Shown one piece after another: positions 1 to 9,447 of a DNA stretch of 64,000 nt. The stretch is from Candidatus Bathyarchaeota archaeon (GTDB lineage: Archaea; Thermoproteota; Bathyarchaeia; 40CM-2-53-6), in NCBI GenBank assembly GCA_005881615.1, contig VBBR01000032.1, positions 3,183 to 67,182 on the forward strand, written 5' to 3'. The notes beneath the pieces were generated by a model, which had not been told where the DNA came from, searched no databases, and saw nothing but the letters and a program-made list of their open reading frames with translations. Numbering within the stretch: position 1 is the stretch's first letter; every line of letters starts with the position of its first letter. A program made the position numbers and the translations under genes.

Positions 1-302
1 CCCGCTGCCTTGAAGTGCCGAAGGGCGTCTTCCAAGAGCAGCTTCGCGATGCCGTGATTCCTGTGAGCCTTCGCCACGGCAATGTAGTACACATAGCCGA
101 CGTTCGACTCTATCGTCTTCAGCATGACCAGCCCGACAGGTTTGCCTAGCAAGATTGCGGCTCTGACCACATCTACGTTTCGGAGGGTCCCTTTCGAATG
201 TCTCAGGTACCATCCTTCAAAGCTCTCGTTAAGTATCCATTCCAGGCCCGCCCTTTTCTCGACGGGAATGTCGACGATTACGGCTCCCTCCTGTTCTGTC
301 AT
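1..302 (-). CDS. GNAT-family N-acetyltransferase, N-terminal part only (gene runs off the left edge of the window)
   Basis: Reverse-strand translation from ATG at 302..300: MTEQEGAVIVDIPVEKRAGLEWILNESFEGWYLRHSKGTLRNVDVVRAAILLGKPVGLVMLKTIESNVGYVYYIAVAKAHRNHGIAKLLLEDAL. Typical GNAT motif A (R-x-x-G-I-A-x-x-LL). Its ATG overlaps the TGA of the upstream amidohydrolase (ATGA), suggesting coupling. Not in the ORF track because no stop falls in the window. Confidence 0.55.
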   Translation of the reverse strand, partial: MTEQEGAVIVDIPVEKRAGLEWILNESFEGWYLRHSKGTLRNVDVVRAAILLGKPVGLVMLKTIESNVGYVYYIAVAKAHRNHGIAKLLLEDALRHFKAA

Positions 303-1126
303 AGACGGAACACTCGCTCCGCATTGTGCGACAAGATTTTTTCCTTGTCGCGTTCATCCACTTCCAATCTCCTCACCAGCGCCAACGCGTCGGAGTGTTT
401 GGTGATAGGATAATCTGTTCCGAAGATGACTTTCTCGGCGTTGCCTGCGAAATAGATGGCTTCGCTAATCTTTCTGGCGAGCCACGCCGCATACTTCTCC
501 GCGTATGCAACATCGCCTGTGATCAATCCGGAGATGTCGGCGTAGACGTTAGGGTGTTTGTAGGTTAGCTCCGCGGCATCCTCGAACCATGGATTGCCAA
601 AGTGGCAGAGGACTATGGTCAGCTCCTCTCTCCTGTTCGCTAGTCGGTCCAGGGTTAGCGGGTGCGAGCGGGCGAGGTCTCCAGTGCTAAACGCAGTGTC
701 TCCGGTATGAAAGAGCACTGGGAGTCTCTTCGACTCGGCATAATCATATAGTTCGTCGAAAACCGGACTGTCTGCCGATGCCTTCACGTAACCCAGCCTG
801 ACTTTGAAGGCCTTAACCTCCCCCGGGTTCTCCTCAGCGAGCTTGAGTGCAGCCTTCACCTCCTTCATTGAGGGTTCTACCGTAACTACCGGCGCGAGAA
901 TTCCGTCGCTCCTCCTGCACAGCCTGATGACTTGCTCGTTGGGAAGAGCGGTGGTTCCTTGTAGAGGCGGACTGAGGAGCAGCCCATTTTTGACCTTGCA
1001 TCTTCGCATGGTGCCCAGTAGTTCGTTCATATTGTAGCTGAGACCGTTTATCCGCGCGAATCTGATGAGGGCGTCATCTCTACGCTCGGACAGGTGGACA
1101 TGGGCGTCGATTATTTTTGCGGCCAT
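299..1126 (-). CDS. metal-dependent amidohydrolase (amidohydrolase-2 / TIM-barrel hydrolase family)
   Basis: 275-aa ORF. N-terminus KIIDAHVHL (His-x-His metal motif) and C-terminal D-x-H...TDYP are typical of amidohydrolase_2-type TIM-barrel hydrolases. Confidence 0.7.
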   Translation of the reverse strand: MAAKIIDAHVHLSERRDDALIRFARINGLSYNMNELLGTMRRCKVKNGLLLSPPLQGTTALPNEQVIRLCRRSDGILAPVVTVEPSMKEVKAALKLAEENPGEVKAFKVRLGYVKASADSPVFDELYDYAESKRLPVLFHTGDTAFSTGDLARSHPLTLDRLANRREELTIVLCHFGNPWFEDAAELTYKHPNVYADISGLITGDVAYAEKYAAWLARKISEAIYFAGNAEKVIFGTDYPITKHSDALALVRRLEVDERDKEKILSHNAERVFRL

Positions 1127-1258
1127 TTCTCACACTCGCCTTCTTCCAGCGGACCCCGCTGTAGGACAGATCAATCCTGCCGGAGACTCCCACTAATACC
1201 TCCTTGCGTAAGCTGGGCAGAAAGCAGATATGGAAAAGCATACCGTTAGCCACTCACC

Positions 1259-1822
1259 ATGGGCGAACTGGTCGTCAAAGAACTAACGCCGTCTCTGAGA
1301 GACGACTTCCTGCTGTTCTTCGATAGTGTGGCGTTCGCGGACAATCCTGACTGGTCTGACTGTTACTGTTCCCTCTATCATTTCGCAAACAAGGGAAAGG
1401 CTGAGAGTCGCCGCCAGGCCTCAAGCCACATCGAGGAGGAAAGGATCCACGGATTCCTTGCCTACGACAATGGAAAACCCGTTGGCTGGTGTAACGCCGC
1501 CAACCGCAACAGCTACCCCACGCTCCACTGGCTGATGGGTCCTGGTCCCGACAAGTCAGAGCGAGTTGGTGCAATCGTCTGCTTCGTAATAGCCGCTTCA
1601 CATCGCAACCAAGGAGTCGCCTCCCACCTACTGGACGCCGCGTGCAGAAAATTTTCACAAAAAGGATTAGAATTCGCTGAAGCCTACCCGGTGAAGGAGT
1701 CAAAGTCATCTGCTTACAACTTTCCAGGCCCGCTGTCAATGTACCTCAAGAATGGTTTCACCCAACATCGCGACGCCGATTGGTATCTGGTAGTGCGAAA
1801 GCGACTCGAAACAACATCCTGA
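1259..1822 (+). CDS. GNAT-family acetyltransferase
   Basis: 187 aa. Central segment VGWCNA...IVCFVIAASHRNQGVASHLLDAACRKF matches the GNAT acetyl-CoA binding motif (R/Q-x-x-G-x-A/G). Confidence 0.55.
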   Translation: MGELVVKELTPSLRDDFLLFFDSVAFADNPDWSDCYCSLYHFANKGKAESRRQASSHIEEERIHGFLAYDNGKPVGWCNAANRNSYPTLHWLMGPGPDKSERVGAIVCFVIAASHRNQGVASHLLDAACRKFSQKGLEFAEAYPVKESKSSAYNFPGPLSMYLKNGFTQHRDADWYLVVRKRLETTS

Positions 1823-1897
1823 GGCAGACCGCCCCCTTTCTAACAATAGGCAGCTCCAGCAACGACCTGGGATGCTGGAAATCCAACAGTAATGTGA

Positions 1898-1912
1898 TGG
1901 GCCCGCCCGGAT
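1898..1912 (+). repeat. 15-nt direct copy (tgggcccgcccggat) of the 3' end of tRNA(CAU) at 10159-10274; putative att-core remnant
   Basis: Exact match to the tRNA acceptor/T-stem 3' strand at 10162-10176, in the same orientation. Lies in a non-coding 540-bp gap. Confidence 0.5.
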
Positions 1913-2359
1913 ACTACCGGCTAGCCTAGTGCGCCAGGAGAACTGTTCCTTTTTTTTGTGGCGCAGAACCTTTTGCACAACAGAATCTTCCTGTCGTTAG
2001 TTGTCATAAACGACAGGGCCTTTTTCAGCGTTACTAGTCGGCGAACTAGTCGATCAAGGAATGGTCCCTGCCCCGGTGTTTCTTGATGGACCCTGTTGTT
2101 GACGAAGTATCTTTCTAGTGTTCAGAGTTATCATAATCGAACCGGTCGGCCCTTGCGAAATCGCCCAGCCTACAGTCGCGTAGCTTGCAGGAATGGCTTC
2201 CAAAGCTCCCTACCGTCACTACCGGCATAGCGAGGTGAATCAATTCCTGGAATACACTAAGGTAGACTCGAGACATACGGAGCGCGCTTTGGCAATCCGC
2301 CGCCGGTCGTATATTGGCTAGTCTTATCTACGCATCTCTGGCGAAGTTATTCCCGAAAA

Positions 2360-4432
2360 ATGGTTATGATTTCTAAGTTAATGCGCGTACGACTGAATAC
2401 ACCAAGACTAAATCAACAACTGGTCACGAAGGCATTCTTGGTAATCGCAATCCTATCAGTCTCGACTCTCTCGGCCCTGCCCTCTGTGGCAGGTCAAACG
2501 ATCACGGGATCTCTGACCTTCCAAAGAGGTGAGAACAATGCCTTCACAGGTCTGATCGATGCAACCCACGGGTTTGCATACTTTGCGACCGATACTCAGC
2601 CAGGACAAATCGTGAAGGTTAGACTCTCCGACTTCACTAAAGTCAGCACTTTGGTGCTGAATCCACATGAGGATTTCCTGTCAGCTGGAGTCATTGACCC
2701 AGGCAACGACTTCGCATACTTCGGGACCTACAACCTTGGATCTCCAAATGCAAGCATAATCAAAGTCAGGCTATCCGACCTGACACGTGTAGGCGCGATT
2801 CAGATCAGTTCAAGAAACAATAGATTCTTCACGACCGCCGTGATCGACAGCGCGAACGGTTTCGCGTACTTCGGAAGTCTCCGAGGGGGCGTTATTGACA
2901 AGATCAGACTGTCAGACTTCACGCTGGTTGCTACGCTGAACCTTCCGAATGGCTTTGGGCTCTTCGGGTCAGCTATCGACACTACCGGGTTCGCATACTT
3001 CTCCACAGGCACCGGAACCGGTTACATCTTTAAGATCAGACTCTCGAACTTCACCTTGGCGAAGACGCTCACGGTGGGGGAACCGTTGGGATCAACCCCG
3101 CTAATCGACCCGACCACGGGGCTCTCTTACTGGCCAACCGACACTAACCCAGGGTCAATACTGCGAGTGAAAGTATCAGACCTCACCATCACCGGGAACA
3201 TGACTCTGAATGCGGGAGAATTATCCCCGAATTCCGGCGTGATCGATCCTTCCGAAGGTTTCGCCTATTTCGGAACACAAGGGACCCCATCGGAGATTGT
3301 TAAGATCAACATTGCAACCTTCAAACTGGCAAACACGTTGAAACTCGCGCCCTACGAGTCCCTGCTCTTCTTGAGCGCAGCAGGGGTGATTCAGAGTGAA
3401 ACGAGGGGTGGTAGCTTCGGCTACTTCGCGACCTACACCTCTCCGAGCTTCATTGTAAAGGTCAAACTGTCCGACATGAGCCGCGCTGGTACAATGACTC
3501 TCAAGCAGGGAGAGCAAGCCTTCGACAATTCGATAATCGACACGGCAGCAGGATTCGTATACTTCGGGAGCGATTCAGTGTTTGGGACGGGATCGGGTAC
3601 TGGCGCAATATCTAGAATAAGGACCTCCGATTTCACGGATGCTGGAACACTGCTGCTCAACCCTGGCGAAGGCCCCCTATGCTCGGCGGTCATAGATACG
3701 ACTAATGGGTTTGCCTACTTCGGAACGAGCACCTTTCCGGCAAAGATCATCAAAGTCAGACTCTCGGACTTCAGTCGCGTCGGGGTTCTCACGCTCGCCA
3801 CGGGCGAGGACCTTGCTTGTACGGGCGTAATTGATCCTCTGAACGGTTTCGCGTACTTTGCTACCCAAGACGACCCCGCAATTGTCCTCAAGGTCAGACT
3901 CTCCGATTTCTCTCTAGTTGGAACAGGCACCTTGGGCGCCTTCGAAGGTATCCCCATCAGCTCTATCATAGACGTTCAGCACGGTTTCGCCTATTTCGGA
4001 ACACTAAGTTTCCCTGGAGTCATTGATATGGTGAGACTCTCCGACCTTACGGAGGTAGCGTCGCTGACAATCGACCAGGATCAACCGGCCGCCGCCGCGA
4101 TTGACACTTTAGGAGGCTTTGCCTACTTCGGAACCTTTGAGGGCGTAGTGAAGCTTCGGCTGTCTGATTTCAGCGAGAACATGTCGATGACGCTGAATGG
4201 GCTTCAATCCTCCGTCGGCTCCGTCGTCCTCGACTTGTCTCTCGGTTTCGGCTACTTTGGAGGTGTCGGTTTCGTCGCGAAGATTCAGCTCTCGACCTTG
4301 AACGAGGTCGGCTCGACGATGACAGCGAGTCCGAACGATTTTCTCTTTAGTGCCAGCATCGATCCTGCGGCTGGAACAGCATACTTCGGCGTCCTATCGG
4401 ACCCAGGCAAAGTCTACAGAGTTAGCCTCTAA
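2360..4432 (+). CDS. secreted tandem-repeat protein (about 12 repeats of roughly 55 aa; beta-propeller-like)
   Basis: 690-aa ORF with an N-terminal hydrophobic signal/anchor (AFLVIAILSVSTLSALPSVAG). The unit 'IDxxxGFAYFGTxxxPGxIxKVRLSDFTxVxTLxL' recurs about every 55-57 residues along the whole length. The true start may be an internal Met (MRVRLNTPRL). Confidence 0.7.
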   Translation: MVMISKLMRVRLNTPRLNQQLVTKAFLVIAILSVSTLSALPSVAGQTITGSLTFQRGENNAFTGLIDATHGFAYFATDTQPGQIVKVRLSDFTKVSTLVLNPHEDFLSAGVIDPGNDFAYFGTYNLGSPNASIIKVRLSDLTRVGAIQISSRNNRFFTTAVIDSANGFAYFGSLRGGVIDKIRLSDFTLVATLNLPNGFGLFGSAIDTTGFAYFSTGTGTGYIFKIRLSNFTLAKTLTVGEPLGSTPLIDPTTGLSYWPTDTNPGSILRVKVSDLTITGNMTLNAGELSPNSGVIDPSEGFAYFGTQGTPSEIVKINIATFKLANTLKLAPYESLLFLSAAGVIQSETRGGSFGYFATYTSPSFIVKVKLSDMSRAGTMTLKQGEQAFDNSIIDTAAGFVYFGSDSVFGTGSGTGAISRIRTSDFTDAGTLLLNPGEGPLCSAVIDTTNGFAYFGTSTFPAKIIKVRLSDFSRVGVLTLATGEDLACTGVIDPLNGFAYFATQDDPAIVLKVRLSDFSLVGTGTLGAFEGIPISSIIDVQHGFAYFGTLSFPGVIDMVRLSDLTEVASLTIDQDQPAAAAIDTLGGFAYFGTFEGVVKLRLSDFSENMSMTLNGLQSSVGSVVLDLSLGFGYFGGVGFVAKIQLSTLNEVGSTMTASPNDFLFSASIDPAAGTAYFGVLSDPGKVYRVSL

Positions 4433-4649
4433 ACACGCTGCGAAGCGGCTCCAACCTTTCCCCTTTTTTCTCGTCGAAGAGTTCCTACGTCGATCTGGTG
4501 CTCCTAACTGCTTTGTGACGTGGTCATCTCGTTTTGTTCCCGCTTCTGTTGCTTCAACCCAATCCCTGAAACAAGGATGCCCTTTGTCGACAAGCTTGGA
4601 GACCAACGCAAAAGCAGCCATCCCCGGAATGTCCACTAGGCTAAACTGC

Positions 4650-4667
4650 TGGGCCCGCCCGGATTCG
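4650..4667 (+). repeat. 18-nt direct copy (tgggcccgcccggattcg) of the tRNA(CAU) 3' end; putative att-core remnant
   Basis: Matches 10162-10179 (tRNA 3' strand) 18/18 and is followed by 'ct' as at 10141-10149. Same orientation as the copy at 1898 and as the intact tRNA. Confidence 0.5.
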
Positions 4668-4844
4668 CTTGAAAACTACAGCGAATCCATTCTCTGTGTT
4701 CGAAACCCTTCTAGATTCTCCTAAATTCAGATGCTTCTTGGACACCAGTCTGTACAGGTATATGCTAGAGTTGATTTTCGACGACCTCGCCGTGCCTCAG
4801 GGTCGCAGTTTATGGAAACTGTCGAAGTCGAACTGTCGCTGACA

Positions 4845-5192
4845 TTAGGCCTCCGCTATCCCCCAGATTTGCCCACCTGGTGCCTGGAAGTAGAAGCGGT
4901 TGCTAATTGGATGTTTCACTTGGGACAAACCCGCCGCCAGAACCTTCTTTTTCAGAGCAGACGGATCCTCAGTCTTGACCTCCAGCCAGGCCCCCCGCCA
5001 AGGTTGCTTCCCGTCGAGTGCGTCCTTGGCAAACTCGACGCTCAACGAAGCCCCGTTGGGAAATACGAAGACAAGCATTGACCCTGGCAACGCCACAAGC
5101 TCGCAACCAAAGATATCGGTGAAAAAACTGGTCAACCTTTCTTTATTCTCGAGTCTTGCAAAAGTATGCACACGATTCGTCATGCCTATCAT
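4845..5192 (-). CDS. VOC (glyoxalase/bleomycin-resistance/dioxygenase) family protein
   Basis: 115 aa, single betaalphabetabetabeta-like module. C-terminal FYFQAPGGQIWGI is typical of glyoxalase-fold proteins. Weak. Confidence 0.4.
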   Translation of the reverse strand: MIGMTNRVHTFARLENKERLTSFFTDIFGCELVALPGSMLVFVFPNGASLSVEFAKDALDGKQPWRGAWLEVKTEDPSALKKKVLAAGLSQVKHPISNRFYFQAPGGQIWGIAEA

Positions 5193-5247
5193 GATACTTT
5201 CCTTTTCTGGATGAGTTGGCCCAGGTGGGGTTAAAAAATTAGTGTGT

Positions 5248-5460
5248 CTAGCCGAAACTAGGGATGATGTCTCTGGCGAACTGTTGCATGGAGTCTAAGC
5301 AGTTATTTTGCCGGAACCCGATCACAAAGTAATGGCAGCCTCTCTCCTCCGCCTCTTTTATCCTGGTAGTGCAGGCTTTTTCGTCGTACTTCGGGCTGAA
5401 GTCCGTGTCAGCGAACGAGACTTTGCTGGCCCGGTTGTGCTGTTTTGCTTCCTGTGACAC
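5248..5460 (-). pseudogene. C-terminal fragment of a luciferase-like monooxygenase (LLM / F420-dependent oxidoreductase) gene
   Basis: The 70-aa ORF ends ...RIKEAEERGCHYFVIGFRQNNCLDSMQQFARDIIPSF, matching the conserved LLM C-terminus (...FAeeVmPaF). No upstream LLM body is present; the ORF abuts the next gene. Confidence 0.4.
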
Positions 5461-5605
5461 GACCGTTTAACGAATTCGGCCCATGTTACCAAGAAAGATC
5501 TCCTCAAACGGTACGCATTTATTGTCCCTGCAGGTTTTATTTGAACATGAAAACGGGACCTGTGCCCGTCCAAATCCCACTCCCGGTGATCTTCAGGTCG
5601 CTCAG

Positions 5606-6016
5606 ATGATGACGAGGAAAACCGGGTCTCTGCAACATATTGAAATCAACGTGACAAACCTGGAGACGTCGAAAGGCTTCTACGATGGCTTCCTTACTTG
5701 GATAGGCTATAATCGCGTAATGGACGAGAAGGACATAGCAGGATGGAGCAACGGTGATATTCAGATTTTTCTGGTCAACTGCGAACCCCACTATCGCAGT
5801 GCAGAGTTCCACCGAAAACATGTAGGCCTAAACCACGTTGCGTTTAGAGCTAGCTCCAGGGAAGATGTTGATAGGTTCTTCAGCGAGTTCCTATCCACAA
5901 GGAGAATCACAGTTCTGTATGGTGGACCGAAAGCGTATCCTGAGTACAGCCTGACGTACTACTCGGTGTACTTCGAGGACCCTGACAGAATAAAACTCGA
6001 ATTCATGCATGCGTGA
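5606..6016 (+). CDS. VOC/glyoxalase-family protein
   Basis: The ORF frame (5483..6016) contains HIEINVTNLETSKGFYDGFLTWIGY...HVGLNHVAFRASSREDVDRFF...YFEDPDRIKLEFMH, a typical VOC fold with the metal-binding H/E pattern. Start placed at the internal Met doublet (MMTRKTG); the upstream 41 codons look non-coding. Confidence 0.6.
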   Translation: MMTRKTGSLQHIEINVTNLETSKGFYDGFLTWIGYNRVMDEKDIAGWSNGDIQIFLVNCEPHYRSAEFHRKHVGLNHVAFRASSREDVDRFFSEFLSTRRITVLYGGPKAYPEYSLTYYSVYFEDPDRIKLEFMHA

Positions 6017-6172
6017 TTCGACGTGCGACCAGTCAGAATCTCCGATCTTCAGAGACATTATGAAAGACGGGCGCCGAAGATGGCTTAGAGTCGGGGTCGA
6101 TGATCATGCATGTTCAGCCTGCTTCAAGTCCCAATGCGTAACGGGCCCATTCTGACTGACCATTACTCATCT

Positions 6173-6709
6173 CTAATGGCATCTCTTCACTTGGATCGAG
6201 ACCTGGTCTCTCATTGAGACAGCTCGATCCGTATCCACGGCTGGAGGGTTTCTCAATCGTGGAGACCCCAAGAGGTGGCGGTCCTTCTGGCTCAAAGCAC
6301 AGTTGCTCCGATCCTCCATCGTCAAAACGGATGGTCCTCCGCGTTGTTTGTGCATGAGAAGTAGCGTGTGACCGTCGGGGTCCTCAAAGTAAATCCATCG
6401 ATGCCTCTCGTTGTCCGATCTCCATTCTTCAATCTCGCCTTTCAGGTTCGCCCCCGCAGCCTTCAGTTCCCGCACGGCGCTGTCCAAGTCTTCTACCAGA
6501 AGCCCCACTGCTGGACAGCGTCCGTCCTGTCTTCTCGCGAGACGGGTATCCCTTGCAAGAATTTCAAGATTTGTTGTCTCATCGATCGCGTAATAGGCGT
6601 AAGCAGGCGTATCCTCAACAAGGTTTAGCCCAAGAACCTCAGCATAAAATCGCCGCGTCTCTGGACGATCACTTACGAGACCCAACCAACCGATCCCAGA
6701 GACTTTCAT
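6173..6709 (-). CDS. VOC/glyoxalase-family protein
   Basis: N-terminus MKVSGIGWLGLVSDRPETRRFYAEVLGL...WIYFEDPDGHTLLLMH is a glyoxalase-like module. Its stop sits 4 bp inside the next gene (6706), suggesting an operon. Confidence 0.65.
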   Translation of the reverse strand: MKVSGIGWLGLVSDRPETRRFYAEVLGLNLVEDTPAYAYYAIDETTNLEILARDTRLARRQDGRCPAVGLLVEDLDSAVRELKAAGANLKGEIEEWRSDNERHRWIYFEDPDGHTLLLMHKQRGGPSVLTMEDRSNCALSQKDRHLLGSPRLRNPPAVDTDRAVSMRDQVSIQVKRCH

Positions 6710-7170
6710 GGATAGTTACCGATGTGCCACTGCCATTTCTTGCCGTCCAGTCGGACAAAGTCTTCGAAAGCAGACGGTCCCTTTCGCTGGTACTCACACC
6801 AAGACGCGATTTTTCCGTCACGAACTTTGACGATGACAACACCATGGTCAGCAGAGGATTTGCCTTTCAAGCCAAATGAGAACTCGCCAGCACCAACTTG
6901 GTTTGACTCGTCAAACGAAAGATGGTGAAAGACCATGAAGGTCCCAGGCGTAAGGGCCCCAAAGTAAGAACGCAGCTGTTCTTGTCCATGATAAAACTGA
7001 ACATCCGGTGGCTCAAAGTAAACCGCGTCGCTTGTGAAACACTCCAGCGCAGATTCGGTATCCTGTCGACTCCAGGCCTGAGCAAGCTTTGTCATCAAGG
7101 CATGGTATTCCTGAGGACCCAACACTAACATGCCGACACCCCGAATCGCGTCAGGTCTCAGTAAATACAT
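6706..7170 (-). CDS. SnoaL-like / NTF2-fold protein
   Basis: 154 aa; ...LAQAWSRQDTESALECFTSDAVYFEPP...DGKIASWCEY matches the SnoaL-like (NTF2-like) pattern. Confidence 0.5.
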   Translation of the reverse strand: MYLLRPDAIRGVGMLVLGPQEYHALMTKLAQAWSRQDTESALECFTSDAVYFEPPDVQFYHGQEQLRSYFGALTPGTFMVFHHLSFDESNQVGAGEFSFGLKGKSSADHGVVIVKVRDGKIASWCEYQRKGPSAFEDFVRLDGKKWQWHIGNYP

Positions 7171-7502
7171 TTGTCTCCAAGCAACACTCTGAGTCGCTTC
7201 TCGAAACCACTCGTAACACCGCGGTGGTGAGAGGGGAGGGGGTCCGAGTATCCAAACATGTGTCGAGCCATGGGTTGAGCGAGTAACACGCTGTCGTCTG
7301 GTCGAATTGATGGTGGGTGACGTCCCAAGAAAAAAAGCCGCAGCTGCGAATCAGCCTTTGATGGGCAAAACCACTACAAGGGTGCCTGAAAATCAAGATT
7401 CAAAAGTCATGAGACACCGCCAGAGAGACATCGCGCAAAATCCGTGTCGCTCAATGAGGCTAGTCTATTAGACGATTCCAAACCAGGCTCGGCAGATTAC
7501 TA

Positions 7503-8342
7503 TTGGAGTCCGGATTGCTTCAAGTCGACGACGGCAGGCTATACTACGAGGTCAACGGTCGCGGCGACCCGATCGTCCTCATACACGCAGGCTTCCTAGA
7601 CAACAGAATGTGGGACGAACAATTCCAATTATTCGCCCAGCACTACAAGGTCATCCGTTACGATGTAAGAGGCTACGGCAAGTCCGACGAGCCAAAAACC
7701 AGTTTCTCCGACTATAAGGACCTCCACAGGCTACTCGCCCATCTAAGCGTCAAAACCGTCCACATAGTCGGCGTCTCAAACGGTGGAAGAATCGCCCTTG
7801 ACTTCGCCGTGGAATACCCTGAGATGATTCACTCTCTGATTCTGGTCGGAACGGGGGTTAGAGGCCGCGGGGTCTCGGGGCCAGAAGAGGAAAAGTTCTG
7901 GGGCGAGTTCGAGACGCAGATGAAACTCCAAGAAGAGGCTGTCAAAGGAGACAGGCTGGCCGAGGCTACAGAAATAGATGTGGACACTTGGGCCACTGCT
8001 CAGACACCCGCTTCACAAAAGCGCATTCTCGAAATAGCCCTTGAAAACTCCCACGTTCAAAAAGACGAACCTGGAAAATTCCAAGTGTCACCCGAGCCAG
8101 CTGCTTACAAGAGGCTATCCGAAATACGCGCCCCGACTCTGGTGATAATTGGAGACCGAGACGTTCGAGGGATGCGGTATATCGCCGATGACGTTCACTC
8201 GAAAATCCAAGGCTCCAAGAAACTGGTGGTTCAGGGAGCAGACCATATAGTCAACATGTCCAAGCCAAAGGAATTCAACAAGATGGTTTTAGAATTCTTG
8301 GAAAGCAGTGCAGATCCTCCGCAAGATGTGGTCAGAGGATAA
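7503..8342 (+). CDS. alpha/beta-fold hydrolase
   Basis: 279 aa; YYEVNGRGDPIVLIHAGFLDNRMW (oxyanion-hole HGG-like region) and GVSNGG nucleophile-elbow (G-x-S-x-G) variant. Confidence 0.7.
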   Translation: MESGLLQVDDGRLYYEVNGRGDPIVLIHAGFLDNRMWDEQFQLFAQHYKVIRYDVRGYGKSDEPKTSFSDYKDLHRLLAHLSVKTVHIVGVSNGGRIALDFAVEYPEMIHSLILVGTGVRGRGVSGPEEEKFWGEFETQMKLQEEAVKGDRLAEATEIDVDTWATAQTPASQKRILEIALENSHVQKDEPGKFQVSPEPAAYKRLSEIRAPTLVIIGDRDVRGMRYIADDVHSKIQGSKKLVVQGADHIVNMSKPKEFNKMVLEFLESSADPPQDVVRG

Positions 8343-8410
8343 AGCGAGCTTCAACGGCAAGTTCTACCGGATAAAAGATGCCTACTGTAACCCCGAGACA
8401 GGTCGTTCTG
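8308..8410 (+). pseudogene. short N-terminal-like fragment of an LLM/F420-dependent oxidoreductase
   Basis: MWSEDKASFNGKFYRIKDAYCNPE resembles the conserved LLM motif (W.ed.vsf.Gkfy.l.da...P). Fused out of frame to the 3' end of the hydrolase gene, with no remaining LLM body. Confidence 0.3.
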
Positions 8411-8562
8411 TCTTATACTGTTTGCTCTTGGCAATCCGGCACGAACCAACTATCCAGTACCGAGGGAGGGGAGAGGCAGGTCTCACGTTGGAACTATTCT
8501 CGGCCGACTCCAGCAGAATATTAATCACAGGATGTTGGAACGTCCGTTGCAAGCGGTAAGAA

Positions 8563-9309
8563 ATGTCAGCTAGTCGAGAGGAGACTTTCGCACGGATGTC
8601 CTCCCGTGACTGGCCCACGGAGGTTCATACGCTTGATGATCTAGAGGGCCAAGTAGCGCTGGTCACAGGTGCATCTCGGGGCATAGGCGCAGCTGTTGCT
8701 GCGGAATTGGACGACCTCGGAGCAATTGTATATGGTGGAATGCGAAGGCCAAAGGCTGTAAACGGCCTGAAGCCAATCGTCCTCGATGTTACTCAAGAAG
8801 CCATAATCTCAGCCGCAATCGACCAAATCCAACACGAAGCGGGCCGCCTGGACATCCTAGTCAACAACGCGGGCGTAGGCGTGTCGGACGGGGACTTGGC
8901 GGTGATCTCTACCGAGGAGATAAGAGAGGTGCTGGAGACAAACCTCCTAGGGCCCATGCTTGTGAGCAAGCATGCTCTCCCCATTCTACTGAAGCGGCGC
9001 GGCGGGAGGATCGTGAACGTTTCCAGCCTCGTCGGAGCTGTGACGGGGGGCATGGAAGGTAATTACCCCGCTTATCGGATCTCCAAGACTGGCCTAAATG
9101 GGCTCACGGTCTATCTTCACGGGGAATATGGGCCACAGGGCCTTATCGCGAATTCCGTCTGTCCCGGACATACTAGGACCGACCTAGGCGGGCCAGACGC
9201 CGAACGTAGCGTGGAAGAAGGAGCTGAAACTCCAGTATGGCTCGCGACCTTTGCTCCTGGAGGTCCCGGGGGGCTCTTCTGGCGCGACAAGAAGGTTATT
9301 CCTTGGTGA
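8563..9309 (+). CDS. short-chain dehydrogenase/reductase (SDR)
   Basis: VALVTGASRGIGAAVAAEL (TGxxxGIG Rossmann motif), NNAGV, and YRISKTGLNGLT (catalytic Y-x-x-x-K). Confidence 0.8.
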   Translation: MSASREETFARMSSRDWPTEVHTLDDLEGQVALVTGASRGIGAAVAAELDDLGAIVYGGMRRPKAVNGLKPIVLDVTQEAIISAAIDQIQHEAGRLDILVNNAGVGVSDGDLAVISTEEIREVLETNLLGPMLVSKHALPILLKRRGGRIVNVSSLVGAVTGGMEGNYPAYRISKTGLNGLTVYLHGEYGPQGLIANSVCPGHTRTDLGGPDAERSVEEGAETPVWLATFAPGGPGGLFWRDKKVIPW

Positions 9310-9447
9310 CATTTCGACCGGACTGCACCTACCTGGCCACTTACCAACCTAGGGTCCGCTTCATCAGAGGTATGATGGAGAGCATTCGTAGCCTAAGGGA
9401 CAGACCGCGTAACCACTCGCTTCTAGGAAACCCTCGAGAATATCTTG

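Noticed and set aside
2456-4636. Multiple 60-100-aa ORFs on both strands inside the repeat-protein gene (e.g. 2800..3012, 3433..3693, 3715..3969, 4394..4636)
   Set aside because: Generated by the internal tandem repetition of the 690-aa gene; no independent signals.
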